Shown: positions 10,323 through 21,434, counted from the first letter of the whole stretch. The stretch: 62,112 bases of DNA, filler included, from 5 parts of 5 records of this genome joined end to end with filler, not necessarily neighbours in it; one strand, 5' to 3'. Notes: a model not told the origin generated them from the sequence alone. Made by a program: numbers and translations.

Positions 10323-11129
10323 TCAGCTCAACCACCTTTTTCTCCGTTTATAATGTTTTACGTCGCGAAAACTCTTTTTCACACCACCCCCCATGCCCAG
10401 ATAGAAATCCTTGATATCCTCATTCTGGCTCAATTTTTCAGAGGTATCATCCATAACGATTCTTCCGGTCTCCATCACATAGGCATAGGGAGCAATGGTC
10501 AGGGCCAGTTTGACATTCTGTTCAACCAGAAGGATGGAAATCCGCTCCTCCCGATTCAATTTGGTGACGATATTAAAAATTTCATGAATCAACATGGGGG
10601 CCAGACCCATGGAGGGTTCATCCAGCAGTATCAGTTTGGGCTCGGTCATCATGGCCCGCCCCACAACCGCCATCTGCTGTTCACCACCACTGACAAAACC
10701 GGCGGTCTCAGATCTTTTTTCGAGGAGCCTTGGAAAGTAATGATACACCATTTGAAGGCCTTCTTTTACGGATCCGGTCTTCCTGAGATGAGCGCCCACC
10801 TTGAGGTTTTCCTCAACGGTTAAGTGTTCAAAGACTTTTCGCCCCTCAATCACTTGAACAATACCCGCCTTGGCGATCTTGGCGGCTTTGGCGTGATGAA
10901 TGGGTTTGCCCTCATACTCAATGCTGCCATCGGTCACTTCCCCATCTTCGGTTTTCAACAAACCGGAAATGGCTTTCAGGGTCGTGCTTTTCCCTGCACC
11001 GTTGGCGCCCAGAAGCGCCACGATACCACCACGGGGAACCTCGATTGAAACGCCTTTGAGCACCAGAATAACCTCATGGTACTTAACCTCAATGTTCTTG
11101 ATTTTAAGGATTGCCTCTGATGTCTCCAA
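10323..11129 (-). CDS. livF: Branched-chain amino acid-type ABC transporter ATPase (LivF-like)
   Basis: GANGAGKST, VSGGEQQM, LLDEPSMGLAP. Confidence 0.9.
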   Translation of the reverse strand: METSEAILKIKNIEVKYHEVILVLKGVSIEVPRGGIVALLGANGAGKSTTLKAISGLLKTEDGEVTDGSIEYEGKPIHHAKAAKIAKAGIVQVIEGRKVFEHLTVEENLKVGAHLRKTGSVKEGLQMVYHYFPRLLEKRSETAGFVSGGEQQMAVVGRAMMTEPKLILLDEPSMGLAPMLIHEIFNIVTKLNREERISILLVEQNVKLALTIAPYAYVMETGRIVMDDTSEKLSQNEDIKDFYLGMGGGVKKSFRDVKHYKRRKRWLS

Positions 11130-11187
11130 GACATTACCTCCAAACGTGATGGTTTAAATGGCAGTTTGACCACAGAACATCTTTTCT

Positions 11188-12462
11188 TTAATAGCCGAAG
11201 AAACCGCCTTCTTTTTCGGTCTTGTTCCAGAGATCAGGCCATCTTTTCTTCAGATCCACATCCGCCACCACCTGAAATTTTCCGCCTTTCCATTCCTGAA
11301 CACGGCATCCGGTGGCCGGACGGTGATCCTTCGCCGTATAGCTGATGGGCGCGGCGCCCAGACCGATATCAAAATTGCGCATGGTCTCAAAGCCCTTCTT
11401 CATAATCGCGGGGCCGGACCCTTTTTTGGTGACGTCCACACCGGCAGCGTCAGCCCGTTTCAAGGCTTCCCAAAAAACCAGGGCATCACCCCATGCCTGG
11501 ACCGTACGGATCAGCCTTTTTCCCAGAGGCACACCGGGGCTGTATTTTTCAGCAGAGGAAACCACCAGATCCATATTCTTCACGTTCTGGCCGAAAAACG
11601 CACATGGGGTAGCACCCATGACCCCTTCAGCCGCTTCCCCTGCCAGGCGCGGCAGATTCTCATCAAAACCCCAGTTGTTGACGATCCAGCCGGCGCCCAG
11701 CCCCAGGGCATAAGCGTCCCGAACGGTAGCGGCAACGCTCATGGTGGTATTGCCGTGCCATACCAGGTCGGGCTTGAATTTTTTAAGGGCCATTACCTGA
11801 CTTTTGGTGTCCAGGGCGAAAAGAGACACATCCTGGTCCGGGCCGATCTCAAAGCCCAGCAGCTTGGCCTGGTTTTTGATGGCCTTGATGGGGGCGGAGC
11901 AATAGGGCGACGCAAACATGTAACAGCACGCAAACCGGGGTTTCCGTTTTCCGAAATCCGGATGCTTGGACCACTTCTTGTCAAACCATGCGGTGATGCA
12001 ACTCCTGGCATTGGTGGAATAGTCCGACGAGAAAAAGAGATTGTACGGCGTCTTTGCGGGATTCGTCAAATGGGCCGAATAGGACGCCGACACGTAGGGG
12101 ATCTTGTCCTTGTTGACGGTGGGCGAAAGGGCTTCCGTATCACCGGTTCCCCAACCCATAATGCCGACCGCACCCAAACGTTTCAACATCTTATACTTGG
12201 TGATGGCCTCGGGAATCCGGTAGCCGTAGTCAAACCACGTATACTTGATTTTTTTGCCGTTGACGCCACCCTGGCTGTTGATGTATTTAAAAGCGTCCGC
12301 CATGCCGATGGCATAATCCTTCCCCACATCGGAAGTGGCGCCGGTGCAATCCATAATTCCCCCGACCTTAATTTTCTTTGCCGCGGCAACCGTTCCAAAA
12401 GCTGTCAGAAAAACCACCGCCAGCAACAGTACCCCTAATTTTGTGAGCATACTCTTTTTCAT
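11188..12462 (-). CDS. ABC transporter substrate-binding protein (LivJ/K-like, type 1 PBP)
   Basis: Signal peptide; IKVGGIMDCTGATS, YINSQGGVNGKKI, GWGTGDT. Confidence 0.88.
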   Translation of the reverse strand: MKKSMLTKLGVLLLAVVFLTAFGTVAAAKKIKVGGIMDCTGATSDVGKDYAIGMADAFKYINSQGGVNGKKIKYTWFDYGYRIPEAITKYKMLKRLGAVGIMGWGTGDTEALSPTVNKDKIPYVSASYSAHLTNPAKTPYNLFFSSDYSTNARSCITAWFDKKWSKHPDFGKRKPRFACCYMFASPYCSAPIKAIKNQAKLLGFEIGPDQDVSLFALDTKSQVMALKKFKPDLVWHGNTTMSVAATVRDAYALGLGAGWIVNNWGFDENLPRLAGEAAEGVMGATPCAFFGQNVKNMDLVVSSAEKYSPGVPLGKRLIRTVQAWGDALVFWEALKRADAAGVDVTKKGSGPAIMKKGFETMRNFDIGLGAAPISYTAKDHRPATGCRVQEWKGGKFQVVADVDLKKRWPDLWNKTEKEGGFFGY

Positions 12463-12654
12463 AAAGTTTTCCCCCTTTTTACGCTGATTATGAAACTATC
12501 ATGCCAACCGATATTACCGACGATATGAAATATCCTCTAAAAGACAACCCTCACCCCCTTTCTCCGGAACAGTGCCAACATAAACATCGGAAGAATTCCG
12601 CCACGGGCGGAATCGTGTATCCACATATTATAAGCGCCATTGAAACCTGGAACC

Positions 12655-13755
12655 TTAGTACGAAAACGGCCAGAGGTTGAAATAGTTCTTCGCCTGCCAC
12701 CAGCGGTATGCGAGACCGTTGGGTTCATAAATGAGAAAACCACAGATGGCCAGCCCGAACGCCATGTCCTTGACATAGGCGAAATCCATCAGGAGTTGCG
12801 GAAAATAGTCCGCCAGGGGGATCACCGCCAGCTGTAGGACTTCCATCACCACCACCATGAAAATGGAACCGAAAACAGCCCCCTGGATCGAGCCCACACC
12901 TCCGATAAGAATCACGCCCACCAGCCACAGGGATAAAAACCACTGAAAATGTTCGGGACTTAAGGCTGCCGTGTTGCACACCCAGAAGGCGCCGGCAACA
13001 CCCGCCATGAATCCGGCCACGAAAAAAGCCAGCAGTTTATACCATACGATATTGATCCCGAGGGCTTCCGCGGCGATATCGTTGTCCCGAATGGCCACCC
13101 AGGCCCGGCCCGGTTTGGAGCGGAGCAGGTTGGCCAGAACGATAATCATCAGCGACAACAGGACCACCATCACCAGATAGATGCTCATCTCATTATCGAT
13201 AACCCAGGGGCCGATCTTGATGGTTCCGGGCGGCAGGGAAAAAGCCTGCCCTCGCCCGCCGATCTGGCTGATATACTGGGTTAAAATAAAGTCCACGGTG
13301 ATAAACTGGGCCGCCATGGTGGTTAAAATCAAATAAAACCCTTTGACCTTAACGGAGGGGAGTCCAAAGAGCACGCTCCAAAGCCCGGCGACAATACCCG
13401 CCGCAACAATGCTCACGGGATAGGCCAAGCCCCCATCCACCATGAACTGGGGCCAGGGGAACTGCAATACCAGCATGGTACTGGTATAGGCGCCCACCGC
13501 AATAAAAGCGGCGTGCCCCAAAGTCAAAAGCCCCGCATAGCCGATGAGCAGTTGAACGCCCAGTGCACCCATGGCCGTATACCCCACCATGGTGGCCACA
13601 CTCATCCAATACTCATCAAAAAGGAGGGGAATCCCCACAAAAACAACCAGCAAAAGCAGAATCATCTTTCCCTTGATGAATTTGGTCTGCCACCATCCCT
13701 GATCTTCTTTATAATCCTGATGGTAATCACCGCAAGGCAACCATACGCTGCTCAT
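12655..13755 (-). CDS. livM: ABC transporter permease (LivM-like)
   Basis: GYAGLLTLGHAAF, GRAWVAIRDNDIAAEALGIN. Confidence 0.88.
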   Translation of the reverse strand: MSSVWLPCGDYHQDYKEDQGWWQTKFIKGKMILLLLVVFVGIPLLFDEYWMSVATMVGYTAMGALGVQLLIGYAGLLTLGHAAFIAVGAYTSTMLVLQFPWPQFMVDGGLAYPVSIVAAGIVAGLWSVLFGLPSVKVKGFYLILTTMAAQFITVDFILTQYISQIGGRGQAFSLPPGTIKIGPWVIDNEMSIYLVMVVLLSLMIIVLANLLRSKPGRAWVAIRDNDIAAEALGINIVWYKLLAFFVAGFMAGVAGAFWVCNTAALSPEHFQWFLSLWLVGVILIGGVGSIQGAVFGSIFMVVVMEVLQLAVIPLADYFPQLLMDFAYVKDMAFGLAICGFLIYEPNGLAYRWWQAKNYFNLWPFSY

Positions 13756-13824
13756 ACATACCCCCTACAAAATTCTCGATTCCCTAGGTTTCAAACGGTC
13801 CCGTTCAAAAAAAACCGCTTTTCC

Positions 13825-14709
13825 TTACACCCTTTCAATCCGCTCCCATCCCCACAGACCGTAAGGCTTAAATAGAAGAAAAACCGCCATGAAGACAAAG
13901 GGGACGATTTCCTTTACACCCCCCGGAAAATAGGCATCCAGATAGGTGCCTGAAAAATTCTGAAGCAAGCCGATCAGAATTCCCCCTACAATGGCTCCGG
14001 GCACTGAATTGAGACCGCCCAGAACAACCGCCGGCAACACCAGCAACCCCAGATAGCCCACGGAAATATTAATGCCGTTGATATTCCCCAGGAGCGCACC
14101 GCCCACGCCCGCACTCATGAACGCAATGGCCCAGGCCGCGGCATACACAAAGCGTGCGCTGACGCCCAATGAGAGGGCCGCGGTCTCATCATCGGCCGTT
14201 GCCTGCATGGAAAGGCCCCAACGGGTGTATTTGAAAAAACTCATGAAAACGATGAGCAAAACAATGGCCAGGATGAAGGACCAGAGATAGACCGGCGAAA
14301 TCTTGAGGAGCCCCAGAGAAATGGGCTTGATGTCAAAAACGGCCGGTTCAAAAACCCGGGTATCCGATCCCCAGATGTATCCGATAAGCCCCTTCAAGAA
14401 AAAAGAAATACCCACGGTTACCATAATGACCGCCAGAATCGGTTCGCCGATGAGTCTGTCAAGGAAAATCCGCTCCGTCAAAAATCCCAGCACAATACCC
14501 ACCAGAAGCGTCAGAATCACGGCAAGAATAAAGGGTACGCCCGCATTGTAAAACGAATAGGTCACATAGGCCCCGATCAGGGTCAACTCCCCCATGGCCA
14601 GATTCAAAACGCCTGAACACTTGTATATGAGAACCCATCCCAGGGCCACCAGGGCATAAATGCCGCCTACCATAATCCCCGTGGTCAAGCTCATAAAAAA
14701 CAGCTCCAT
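13825..14709 (-). CDS. livH: ABC transporter permease (LivH-like)
   Basis: GIYALVALGWVLIYK, VVLGGLNSVPGAIVGG, KPYGLWG. Confidence 0.88.
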   Translation of the reverse strand: MELFFMSLTTGIMVGGIYALVALGWVLIYKCSGVLNLAMGELTLIGAYVTYSFYNAGVPFILAVILTLLVGIVLGFLTERIFLDRLIGEPILAVIMVTVGISFFLKGLIGYIWGSDTRVFEPAVFDIKPISLGLLKISPVYLWSFILAIVLLIVFMSFFKYTRWGLSMQATADDETAALSLGVSARFVYAAAWAIAFMSAGVGGALLGNINGINISVGYLGLLVLPAVVLGGLNSVPGAIVGGILIGLLQNFSGTYLDAYFPGGVKEIVPFVFMAVFLLFKPYGLWGWERIERV

Positions 14710-14757
14710 TGGCTCCCTCCTCGCTTTTTTCCGGTCTGCTGGTCTTGAACCTAAACC

Positions 14758-16674
14758 TTATAGTTTCTGAATCCTCAAATCGGTCTTAATGCGTTGCTCC
14801 CGCCCATCCTCGTAGGTAATGGTGGTATCCATGTGCACCACATCCACATCGGAATAGAGCGCATCCACGATGTCCTTGTACCGGTCGGTCACAAAAGCGC
14901 GGCGAAGTTTTGAGGTTCGGGTCAACTCTTCGTCGTCCGCATCAAACACTTTATACAGATTCACAAATTTGTTGATCTTCGCAGGGCCCGGCAGATCCTT
15001 GTTGGCCTCCTCGATCTGCTTCTGGACCAGGTCATATACTTCCCGCTTCTGGGAAAGTTCAGGGTAGCTGGTATAGTTGAGCTTGCGGTCATCGGCCCAT
15101 TTCCCCACCACCGCGTAGTCGATGCACATGACGGCGGTAATACATTCCCTTTTGTCGCCGATGGCCCAGGCCTCTTCGATAAAGGGGCTGAACTTGAGCC
15201 GGGTTTCAAGATACTGGGGAGAGAAAGGCCTTCCGTCATTGAGGGTCATCACGTCCTTGGAGCGGTCGAACACCACCAGATGGCCGTCTTCATCAATGAA
15301 GCCCCTGTCTCCGGAATGGAGCCAGCCATCCACCAGGGTTTCCGCCGTGGCCTCCTCATTCTTATAGTACCCTAGAAAAACGGAAGGGCTTTTGGAGAGG
15401 ATTTCACCCTCTTGGTTGATTTTCACCTCGGTTTCCGGAATGGGTGTTCCCACCGTATCAAACTTGACATCCCCATCCCGATGAACAATGGAAATGCCGG
15501 CAATCTCGGTCTGACCGTAGATCTGTTTGAGATTAACCCCCAGGGCGTGAAAAAAACGGAAATGGTCGGGTCCCATGGCGGCACCGCCGGTATAGCAGTG
15601 TCTCAGCCTTGAAAGGCCCAAATGATCCTTAAGTTTTTTCTGCATGGTGGCATGGGCCACCCAGCCCAGGATCTTCAGGAAAAACGGCATCGGTTTTTTA
15701 TCAAACTTAAGATTGGCGGCTTTATAGCCTATATTTGTTGCAAATTCATATATTTTTCGTTTAATCCAGGTAGAATCAATGTATTTAACCTGAACCTTGC
15801 GTGTCATTCCTTCGTAGAGTCTGGGCGGAGCAAACATCACATGGGGACCGATCTCGCGAATATTATCCTGGGCCGTATCCGGTTCTTCCGGAAAATTCAC
15901 CGTGTAACCCACCTGAAGGCCGCAGGAGATGGACATCATCTGCTCCCCGATCCAGGCAAAAGGGAGATAGGAAACAAAATCATCCGTATCATAGCAGGGG
16001 TCGACAGCCATCAAATTGTGCCCCATGGTCAACATATTCCAGTGGCTTAGCAGCACCCCCTTGGGCAGGGAAGTGGTTCCCGAGGTGTAAAACAGCAGGC
16101 AGACATCGTCTCCCGAACCTTGGGCCACAAGATGCTCAAAAAGCGCAGGCTCCTTTTGATCCAGCTCCCGGCCCAACTCCTGGACCTTTTCCAAACTCAT
16201 GAGATAATCCTGATGATAGTTTCTCATCCCCTTGGGATCATCCCACAAAATCCATTCCATTTTGGGACACTCTTCCTTAATGGAGAGAGCCTTATCCACC
16301 TCTTCCTGAGTTTCCCCCACGAAAATTTTAGTATCGGAATGGTCTATAATGAACTTTACTTCGTCCATCATGCAGTCCTGGAATAACCACACGGCCACTC
16401 CACCGGCACAAAGGGCCGCCATCTCCGCCCAAAGACCTTCCGGGCGGTTATCGCCGATCATGGCCACCTTGTCCCCCGGCTTCAAACCGAGACTGATCAT
16501 GCCCAGGGAAAGATATTTGACGTTGTCATAGTAGTCCTGCCAGGTAAAAGGGATCCAAATGCCGAACTCCTTTTCCCTCATGGCCACCTTGTTCTTGCCG
16601 TACTTTCCGCATTGCTTGACAAAAAGCTTGGGGATCGTGAGGTCCTTGGTGATTTCTATTCCAGCTTCAGCCAT
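14758..16674 (-). CDS. Long-chain fatty acid--CoA ligase
   Basis: YTSGTTSLPKG, YGQTE, GWLHSGDRG, ELTRTSKLRR. Confidence 0.9.
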   Translation of the reverse strand: MAEAGIEITKDLTIPKLFVKQCGKYGKNKVAMREKEFGIWIPFTWQDYYDNVKYLSLGMISLGLKPGDKVAMIGDNRPEGLWAEMAALCAGGVAVWLFQDCMMDEVKFIIDHSDTKIFVGETQEEVDKALSIKEECPKMEWILWDDPKGMRNYHQDYLMSLEKVQELGRELDQKEPALFEHLVAQGSGDDVCLLFYTSGTTSLPKGVLLSHWNMLTMGHNLMAVDPCYDTDDFVSYLPFAWIGEQMMSISCGLQVGYTVNFPEEPDTAQDNIREIGPHVMFAPPRLYEGMTRKVQVKYIDSTWIKRKIYEFATNIGYKAANLKFDKKPMPFFLKILGWVAHATMQKKLKDHLGLSRLRHCYTGGAAMGPDHFRFFHALGVNLKQIYGQTEIAGISIVHRDGDVKFDTVGTPIPETEVKINQEGEILSKSPSVFLGYYKNEEATAETLVDGWLHSGDRGFIDEDGHLVVFDRSKDVMTLNDGRPFSPQYLETRLKFSPFIEEAWAIGDKRECITAVMCIDYAVVGKWADDRKLNYTSYPELSQKREVYDLVQKQIEEANKDLPGPAKINKFVNLYKVFDADDEELTRTSKLRRAFVTDRYKDIVDALYSDVDVVHMDTTITYEDGREQRIKTDLRIQKL

Positions 16675-16682
16675 CTCTTCAT

Positions 16683-17504
16683 CTACCTCCTTGTGGAATA
16701 CAGATCATCTTCACCCAGGTACGCCTTAACGACCGCTGGATTCTGCTGAACCTCTTCGGGCGTTCCATCCGTAATCTGAACCCCGAAATTCAACACATTG
16801 ACACGGTTACTAATATCCATCACCACCCCCATGTCATGCTCCACCAGGATACAGGTCACCCGCCATCGTTTTTCCTCGTTGATATCCAGAATGAAGCGGG
16901 CCATATCTTCCACTTCTTCCAGATTCAATCCCGCCAGAGGTTCATCCAGCAATAATAGTTCGGGATTCAGGGCCAGCGCCCTTCCCAGTTCCACGCGCTT
17001 TTGCAGCCCATAGGGAAGCATGTGCGCGGACTGGTCCCGAATGCTTTCAATCTCAAGAAGGTCAATAATCTCCTCTTCAATGAACTTCCTGGAAGCCACC
17101 TCTTCCCGTTTGGTTTTACCCACATATATGGACCCGCTCACAATGCCGCTCTTGAGGTGGATATGTCTTCCCAGACGGATATTGTCAAGGACCGTCATCC
17201 CGCCGAACAGTTCCAGTTTCTGGAAGGTCCGTGAGAGCCCCCGTTCCGCCCGCTGGAAAGGCTTCAGATCATTGACACGTTCCCCCTTCAGATAGATGTT
17301 GCCTTTCTGGGGTTTGTAAAGGCCATTGATACAGTTCATCATGACCGTCTTTCCGGCGCCGTTTGGACCGATAATGGAATGAATATCTCCTTTTTTTACT
17401 TCCAGATTCACACCGGCCAACGCAGCCACTTTGCCGAAAGACATATGAACGTCTTCAAGTTTCAAAATGGTGTCGCCTTCCTCGATTTGCCCCCCCTGAA
17501 CCAT
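16683..17504 (-). CDS. livG: ABC transporter ATPase (LivG-like)
   Basis: GPNGAGKT, LPYGLQKRVELGRALA, LVEHDMGVVM, AYLG. Confidence 0.9.
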   Translation of the reverse strand: MVQGGQIEEGDTILKLEDVHMSFGKVAALAGVNLEVKKGDIHSIIGPNGAGKTVMMNCINGLYKPQKGNIYLKGERVNDLKPFQRAERGLSRTFQKLELFGGMTVLDNIRLGRHIHLKSGIVSGSIYVGKTKREEVASRKFIEEEIIDLLEIESIRDQSAHMLPYGLQKRVELGRALALNPELLLLDEPLAGLNLEEVEDMARFILDINEEKRWRVTCILVEHDMGVVMDISNRVNVLNFGVQITDGTPEEVQQNPAVVKAYLGEDDLYSTRR

Positions 17505-18096
17505 AATAACAGGCCTCCATTTCGTAAAATGATACGGTATTTATGGCTTAGCTAATTTTTTCTTTGAATGCTGAAAATCGGGTCGGCAATCCTCAAATAC
17601 CCGCAGACTGTAACCCTGAACGGATTGGACCGTGAAAAAGGCACAATCACCCCTCTTGTTTTGAGTAAAACGACGGACAAGCTTAATCAACCCGATAATC
17701 TCCCCCAAACTGACGAGAACACGAATAGAGTCTCAATCTGCACGAAAAAGCGTTTCTGTTGGCGAACTTCCGGTCTATCGAATTTCTGACTATGGGCGAT
17801 TTATCTCACACCGCAATACAAGCGGCAGAGCATTAAAGATATTACAAAGACTTCGAAGCATAAAATTTCATTGAGCAGAGTCTTGAGTTTCTAAATAATT
17901 CTCAATGATCTTTAGTGAAACCATTATGTTCATATATAAGCATTTAGTGACAGGAATTTTGAAAACAAAGGCAACAGCGGCCTTAATGTGGATACAGCAT
18001 TACTCCGTTGGCGACTTTTTGTCAACACGTTTTAAGAAAATGAGGGGGGTTTTTTAATTTCTCAGTCACACTTAATACCGAAAATGAAAACAGGGT

Positions 18097-19266
18097 TTAA
18101 AACAGTGAATGGGTTGTTTTGGGGATCAGGTGTTTGTGGCATTGATCCATGAAAAACTCATCGGTCATACCGGCGATAAAATCCCTGACCATGCCTGCCG
18201 CCGGCGTTTTCGCCCGATAGCTCTCGGACATCCCTTTTAAGAATTCCTTATAAATCACGGACGCCTCCCCGCGTTTGTCATGATCCTCATAGAGCTTCTC
18301 AAAAAGGAGCGAAAACATGAGCTTTACCTTGGACGTCTGTTTTTTAACCCTGATATTTTCATAAATGTGTTCCCGGTTAAAGCGTTTCAATTCCTGCAAA
18401 GCGTCTCCAACGCGCGCGCTGAAATTTAAATTTGGCTGGTCCAGGCTGTTGACCACAAGATCCTCCACCAAATTATAGACGATGGTGCCGTTGCTGTCAC
18501 CCAAGACGGACCGACAACCATCAGGGATATCATCCCTATGAATCAGGCCCAGTCGAATGGCATCCTCAATATCTCGACCGATGTAGCTGATGGTGTCAGC
18601 CATCCTGACCGAGCAACCTTCCAGGGTCATGGGAATAACATCCACCGATGGATCGTTTGCCTTCATTTCCATTTCCCGAACCAACTCGCCGAAACCTTTC
18701 TCCTTCCTGGGCTCCAGAAACTGGGAATGGAGTTCTCCGTCATGGCAAAAGATACCATCCAAAACCTGCAGGGAAAGGTTGCAACCTTCCCCTTTCTTTT
18801 CAATATTCTCCAGGAATCGCACGCTCTGGATATTGTGGAGAAAACGGCCCACACCGTGGGTCTGGCAGAGTTCGGAAAGAAACCGTTCTCCGTCATGGCC
18901 AAAAGGCGTATGTCCGATGTCATGACCTAAGGCAATGGCCTCCGTCAAATCTTCATTCAGTCGGAGAAGACGGGAAATGGTCCTGGCTATCTTGCTGACC
19001 AGTTGCACATGCAACACACGATGGGTGATATGATCATTTTTGATAAGATAGAACACTTGGGTTTTATCGATGTATCTGGAATAGGCCATGGAATGAAGGA
19101 TTCTGTCCGTATCGAGGGAAAAGTTCTGCCGATGCCCCAAAAGAATCCGATCTTCTTCCCTCCGTCTCACGGCACTACAGCTGAAACAGGCCCAGGGAGA
19201 AAGGATCTCCTGCTCTTTTTCATCCAGTTTCCGCCGGATATCCAATAGCCTTTCTTGGTTCGTCAC
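18097..19266 (-). CDS. dgt: dGTP triphosphohydrolase-like HD-domain protein
   Basis: DTDRILHS, KTQVF, HITHRVLH, LGHDIGHTPFGHDGE, ADTISY, DFIAGMTD. Confidence 0.85.
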   Translation of the reverse strand: MTNQERLLDIRRKLDEKEQEILSPWACFSCSAVRRREEDRILLGHRQNFSLDTDRILHSMAYSRYIDKTQVFYLIKNDHITHRVLHVQLVSKIARTISRLLRLNEDLTEAIALGHDIGHTPFGHDGERFLSELCQTHGVGRFLHNIQSVRFLENIEKKGEGCNLSLQVLDGIFCHDGELHSQFLEPRKEKGFGELVREMEMKANDPSVDVIPMTLEGCSVRMADTISYIGRDIEDAIRLGLIHRDDIPDGCRSVLGDSNGTIVYNLVEDLVVNSLDQPNLNFSARVGDALQELKRFNREHIYENIRVKKQTSKVKLMFSLLFEKLYEDHDKRGEASVIYKEFLKGMSESYRAKTPAAGMVRDFIAGMTDEFFMDQCHKHLIPKTTHSLF

Positions 19267-19547
19267 GCCTCCTCCCCCCTTTTTCCGGTGCCCCCTTTCT
19301 TGCTACCGTCCTTTTTGACGCGATGTTCCCCGTAAACTTTTTTCAGATCATGCCAAATCGTATTACCGGTTTTTGCCAGGACGTCATTGGCCAATGATGC
19401 CGCCTCACGGGACTGTTGCTCCAACTGCGCATCCGATGGAAGGCTTTTTCCTTCCTTTTTGTATTTCCATTTCAATATGGAACGGACAGCACCCATCTCC
19501 GCCTCTTCAGCAAACCGCCTGAGCTTGTTCTTCATATGTTCATCCAT
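19263..19547 (-). CDS. Hypothetical protein
   Basis: 94-aa ORF, stop overlaps start of the HD gene. Confidence 0.6.
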   Translation of the reverse strand: MDEHMKNKLRRFAEEAEMGAVRSILKWKYKKEGKSLPSDAQLEQQSREAASLANDVLAKTGNTIWHDLKKVYGEHRVKKDGSKKGGTGKRGEEA

Positions 19548-19594
19548 GATCTTTCATTTTTGAACCTGGGAATTTCTTTAGTGAAACTTTTTTC

Positions 19595-19623
19595 TTGCAA
19601 AAAAAATACACCAGTAGTATAAA
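19595..19623 (+). promoter_or_regulatory. Putative sigma70 promoter of the rpsB-tsf-frr operon
   Basis: TTGCAA-17 nt-TATAAA. Confidence 0.5.
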
Positions 19624-19939
19624 TTTTAGTTTATTAAATTCAGGAACCCGCCTGTAGCGAACTGTAGAATATGCATGCTGATCCGTGTCACCTTCAAGCA
19701 TATTCGGAAAATTCACCACAGGCTGTTCCGGATCATACCAAGACCGTTAAATTAGCTCAAGGGCATATTTGCCCTAAAAACACAGGCCCGGATTATTGCC
19801 AGGTGCCGTTAGAATCGCGTTTATCCCTAAAACCGACAGATACGGAAAGGTGAATATGCGTGACCAGGTGCAAAATATTCCGGCCCGAGGAAAAACCGGC
19901 ATAGAGATTCGGAATGGGATCTCGAAAAAGGAGAAGAAA

Positions 19940-20806
19940 ATGTCAGCCATCAACATGAAACAGCTTCTGGAAGCAGGGGTCCATTTCGGACATCAAACAA
20001 GACGTTGGAACCCCAAAATGAAACCTTATATATTTGGGGCGAGGAACGGAATTCACATCATTGATCTGCAAAAAACCGTCAGGCTTTTTAAAACCGCCTA
20101 TGATTTTATCGTGGGCACGGTTGCCGACGGCTATCCCGTGTTGTTTGTCGGGACCAAAAAGCAGGGACATGACGCCGTCATTGAAGAAAGCGAACGATGC
20201 GGGATGTTTTTCATGGTCAACCGCTGGTTGGGCGGCACGCTGACCAATTTTCAGACCATAAAAAAGAGCATCAACCGGTTAAAAGATCTTGAAAAAATGA
20301 AGGAAGACGGTTCCATCAATCGCTATACCAAAAAAGAAGTCCTTAAAATGGAAAAAGAGCTTTCCAAGCTTGAAAAAAACCTGGGCGGCATCAAAAACAT
20401 GGACGAAATTCCCGGGGCCGTCTTTGTGGTTGATCCCAAGAGAGAGAAAATTGCCGTCAAGGAAGCTCGGAAACTGGGCATACCCGTGGTGGCCATTGCC
20501 GATTCAAATTGTGACCCGGATGACATCGACCTGATCATCCCCGGAAATGATGACGCCATTCGCGCCATCAGGCTCATCACATCAAAAATTGCCGATGCCT
20601 GCATCGAAGGGCACGCCATCGCCGAACAACGCCTGAAAGCCGAGGATACATTGAAAGAGGAGCAGAATGAGGCCGCCGTGGAAGAGAAAGCTGAAGCTTC
20701 CGCCGGTGAAGACGGAGGCCCCGAGGTAATTATCCTGCCTAAAACAGAAGGTAAGTCCGTAGATTCAGAAGCGCCGGAAACCTCTGAAGACAAACAAACC
20801 AACTAA
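19940..20806 (+). CDS. rpsB: 30S ribosomal protein S2
   Basis: [49 protein letters not shown] before ATG 19940. Confidence 0.98.
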   Translation: MSAINMKQLLEAGVHFGHQTRRWNPKMKPYIFGARNGIHIIDLQKTVRLFKTAYDFIVGTVADGYPVLFVGTKKQGHDAVIEESERCGMFFMVNRWLGGTLTNFQTIKKSINRLKDLEKMKEDGSINRYTKKEVLKMEKELSKLEKNLGGIKNMDEIPGAVFVVDPKREKIAVKEARKLGIPVVAIADSNCDPDDIDLIIPGNDDAIRAIRLITSKIADACIEGHAIAEQRLKAEDTLKEEQNEAAVEEKAEASAGEDGGPEVIILPKTEGKSVDSEAPETSEDKQTN

Positions 20807-20828
20807 AGATAAGTAAGGGAGATAGAAA

Positions 20829-21434
20829 TTGGCTATATCCGCTACACTGATTAAAGAATTGAGAGAAAAAACGGGCGTGGGGATTATGGACTGCAAGGCC
20901 GCTCTGACCGAATGCGACGGCGACCTTGATAAAGCAGTGGATCACCTGAGAAAAAAAGGGATTGCAACCGCTAAAAAACGCGGCGGACGTGAAACAAGCC
21001 AGGGTCAGGTTCAAGCCTACATACATGCCGGGGGCAAAATCGGCGTTCTCGTTGAAGCGAACTGCGAAACCGACTTCACCGGGAAGACGGATGATTTCAC
21101 ATCCTTTGTCAAAGATATTGCCATGCAGATTGCAGCAACAAGTCCCATTGCCATTGATCGGGAAAGCGTGCCCGGGGATGTCCTGGAAAAAGAGAAGGAC
21201 ATTTACGCCACCCAGGCCAAGGATTCGGGGAAGCCGGAGAAGGTCATTGAAAAAATCGTAGAGGGAAAGCTGAAGAAATTTTTCTCCGAAAGCTGCCTGC
21301 TGGAGCAGACCTTTGTCAAGAATTCCGATATTACCATCCAGGATCTGATGAATGAGCTTATTGCAAAAACCGGAGAAAACATTGTTATCAAACGTTTTGC
21401 CAGGTTTCAGCTTGGAGATTCGGATAATAGCTGA
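20829..21434 (+). CDS. tsf: Elongation factor Ts (short form)
   Basis: IKELREKTGVGIMDCKAAL, EANCETDF, LLEQTFVK, FARFQLG. Confidence 0.97.
   Translation: MAISATLIKELREKTGVGIMDCKAALTECDGDLDKAVDHLRKKGIATAKKRGGRETSQGQVQAYIHAGGKIGVLVEANCETDFTGKTDDFTSFVKDIAMQIAATSPIAIDRESVPGDVLEKEKDIYATQAKDSGKPEKVIEKIVEGKLKKFFSESCLLEQTFVKNSDITIQDLMNELIAKTGENIVIKRFARFQLGDSDNS

Noticed and set aside
7890-12438. Long plus-strand ORFs 7890-8927, 9665-10414 and 11323-12438
   Set aside because: Antisense to well-supported minus-strand genes
12491-12507. sigma54-like site (TTGGCATGATAGTTTCA, minus strand) upstream of the binding-protein gene
   Set aside because: The -12 element reads TTTC rather than TTGC; too weak to call
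20829-21434. EF-Ts of only 201 aa as a truncation
   Set aside because: The short EF-Ts form is normal in many lineages and both terminal motifs are present
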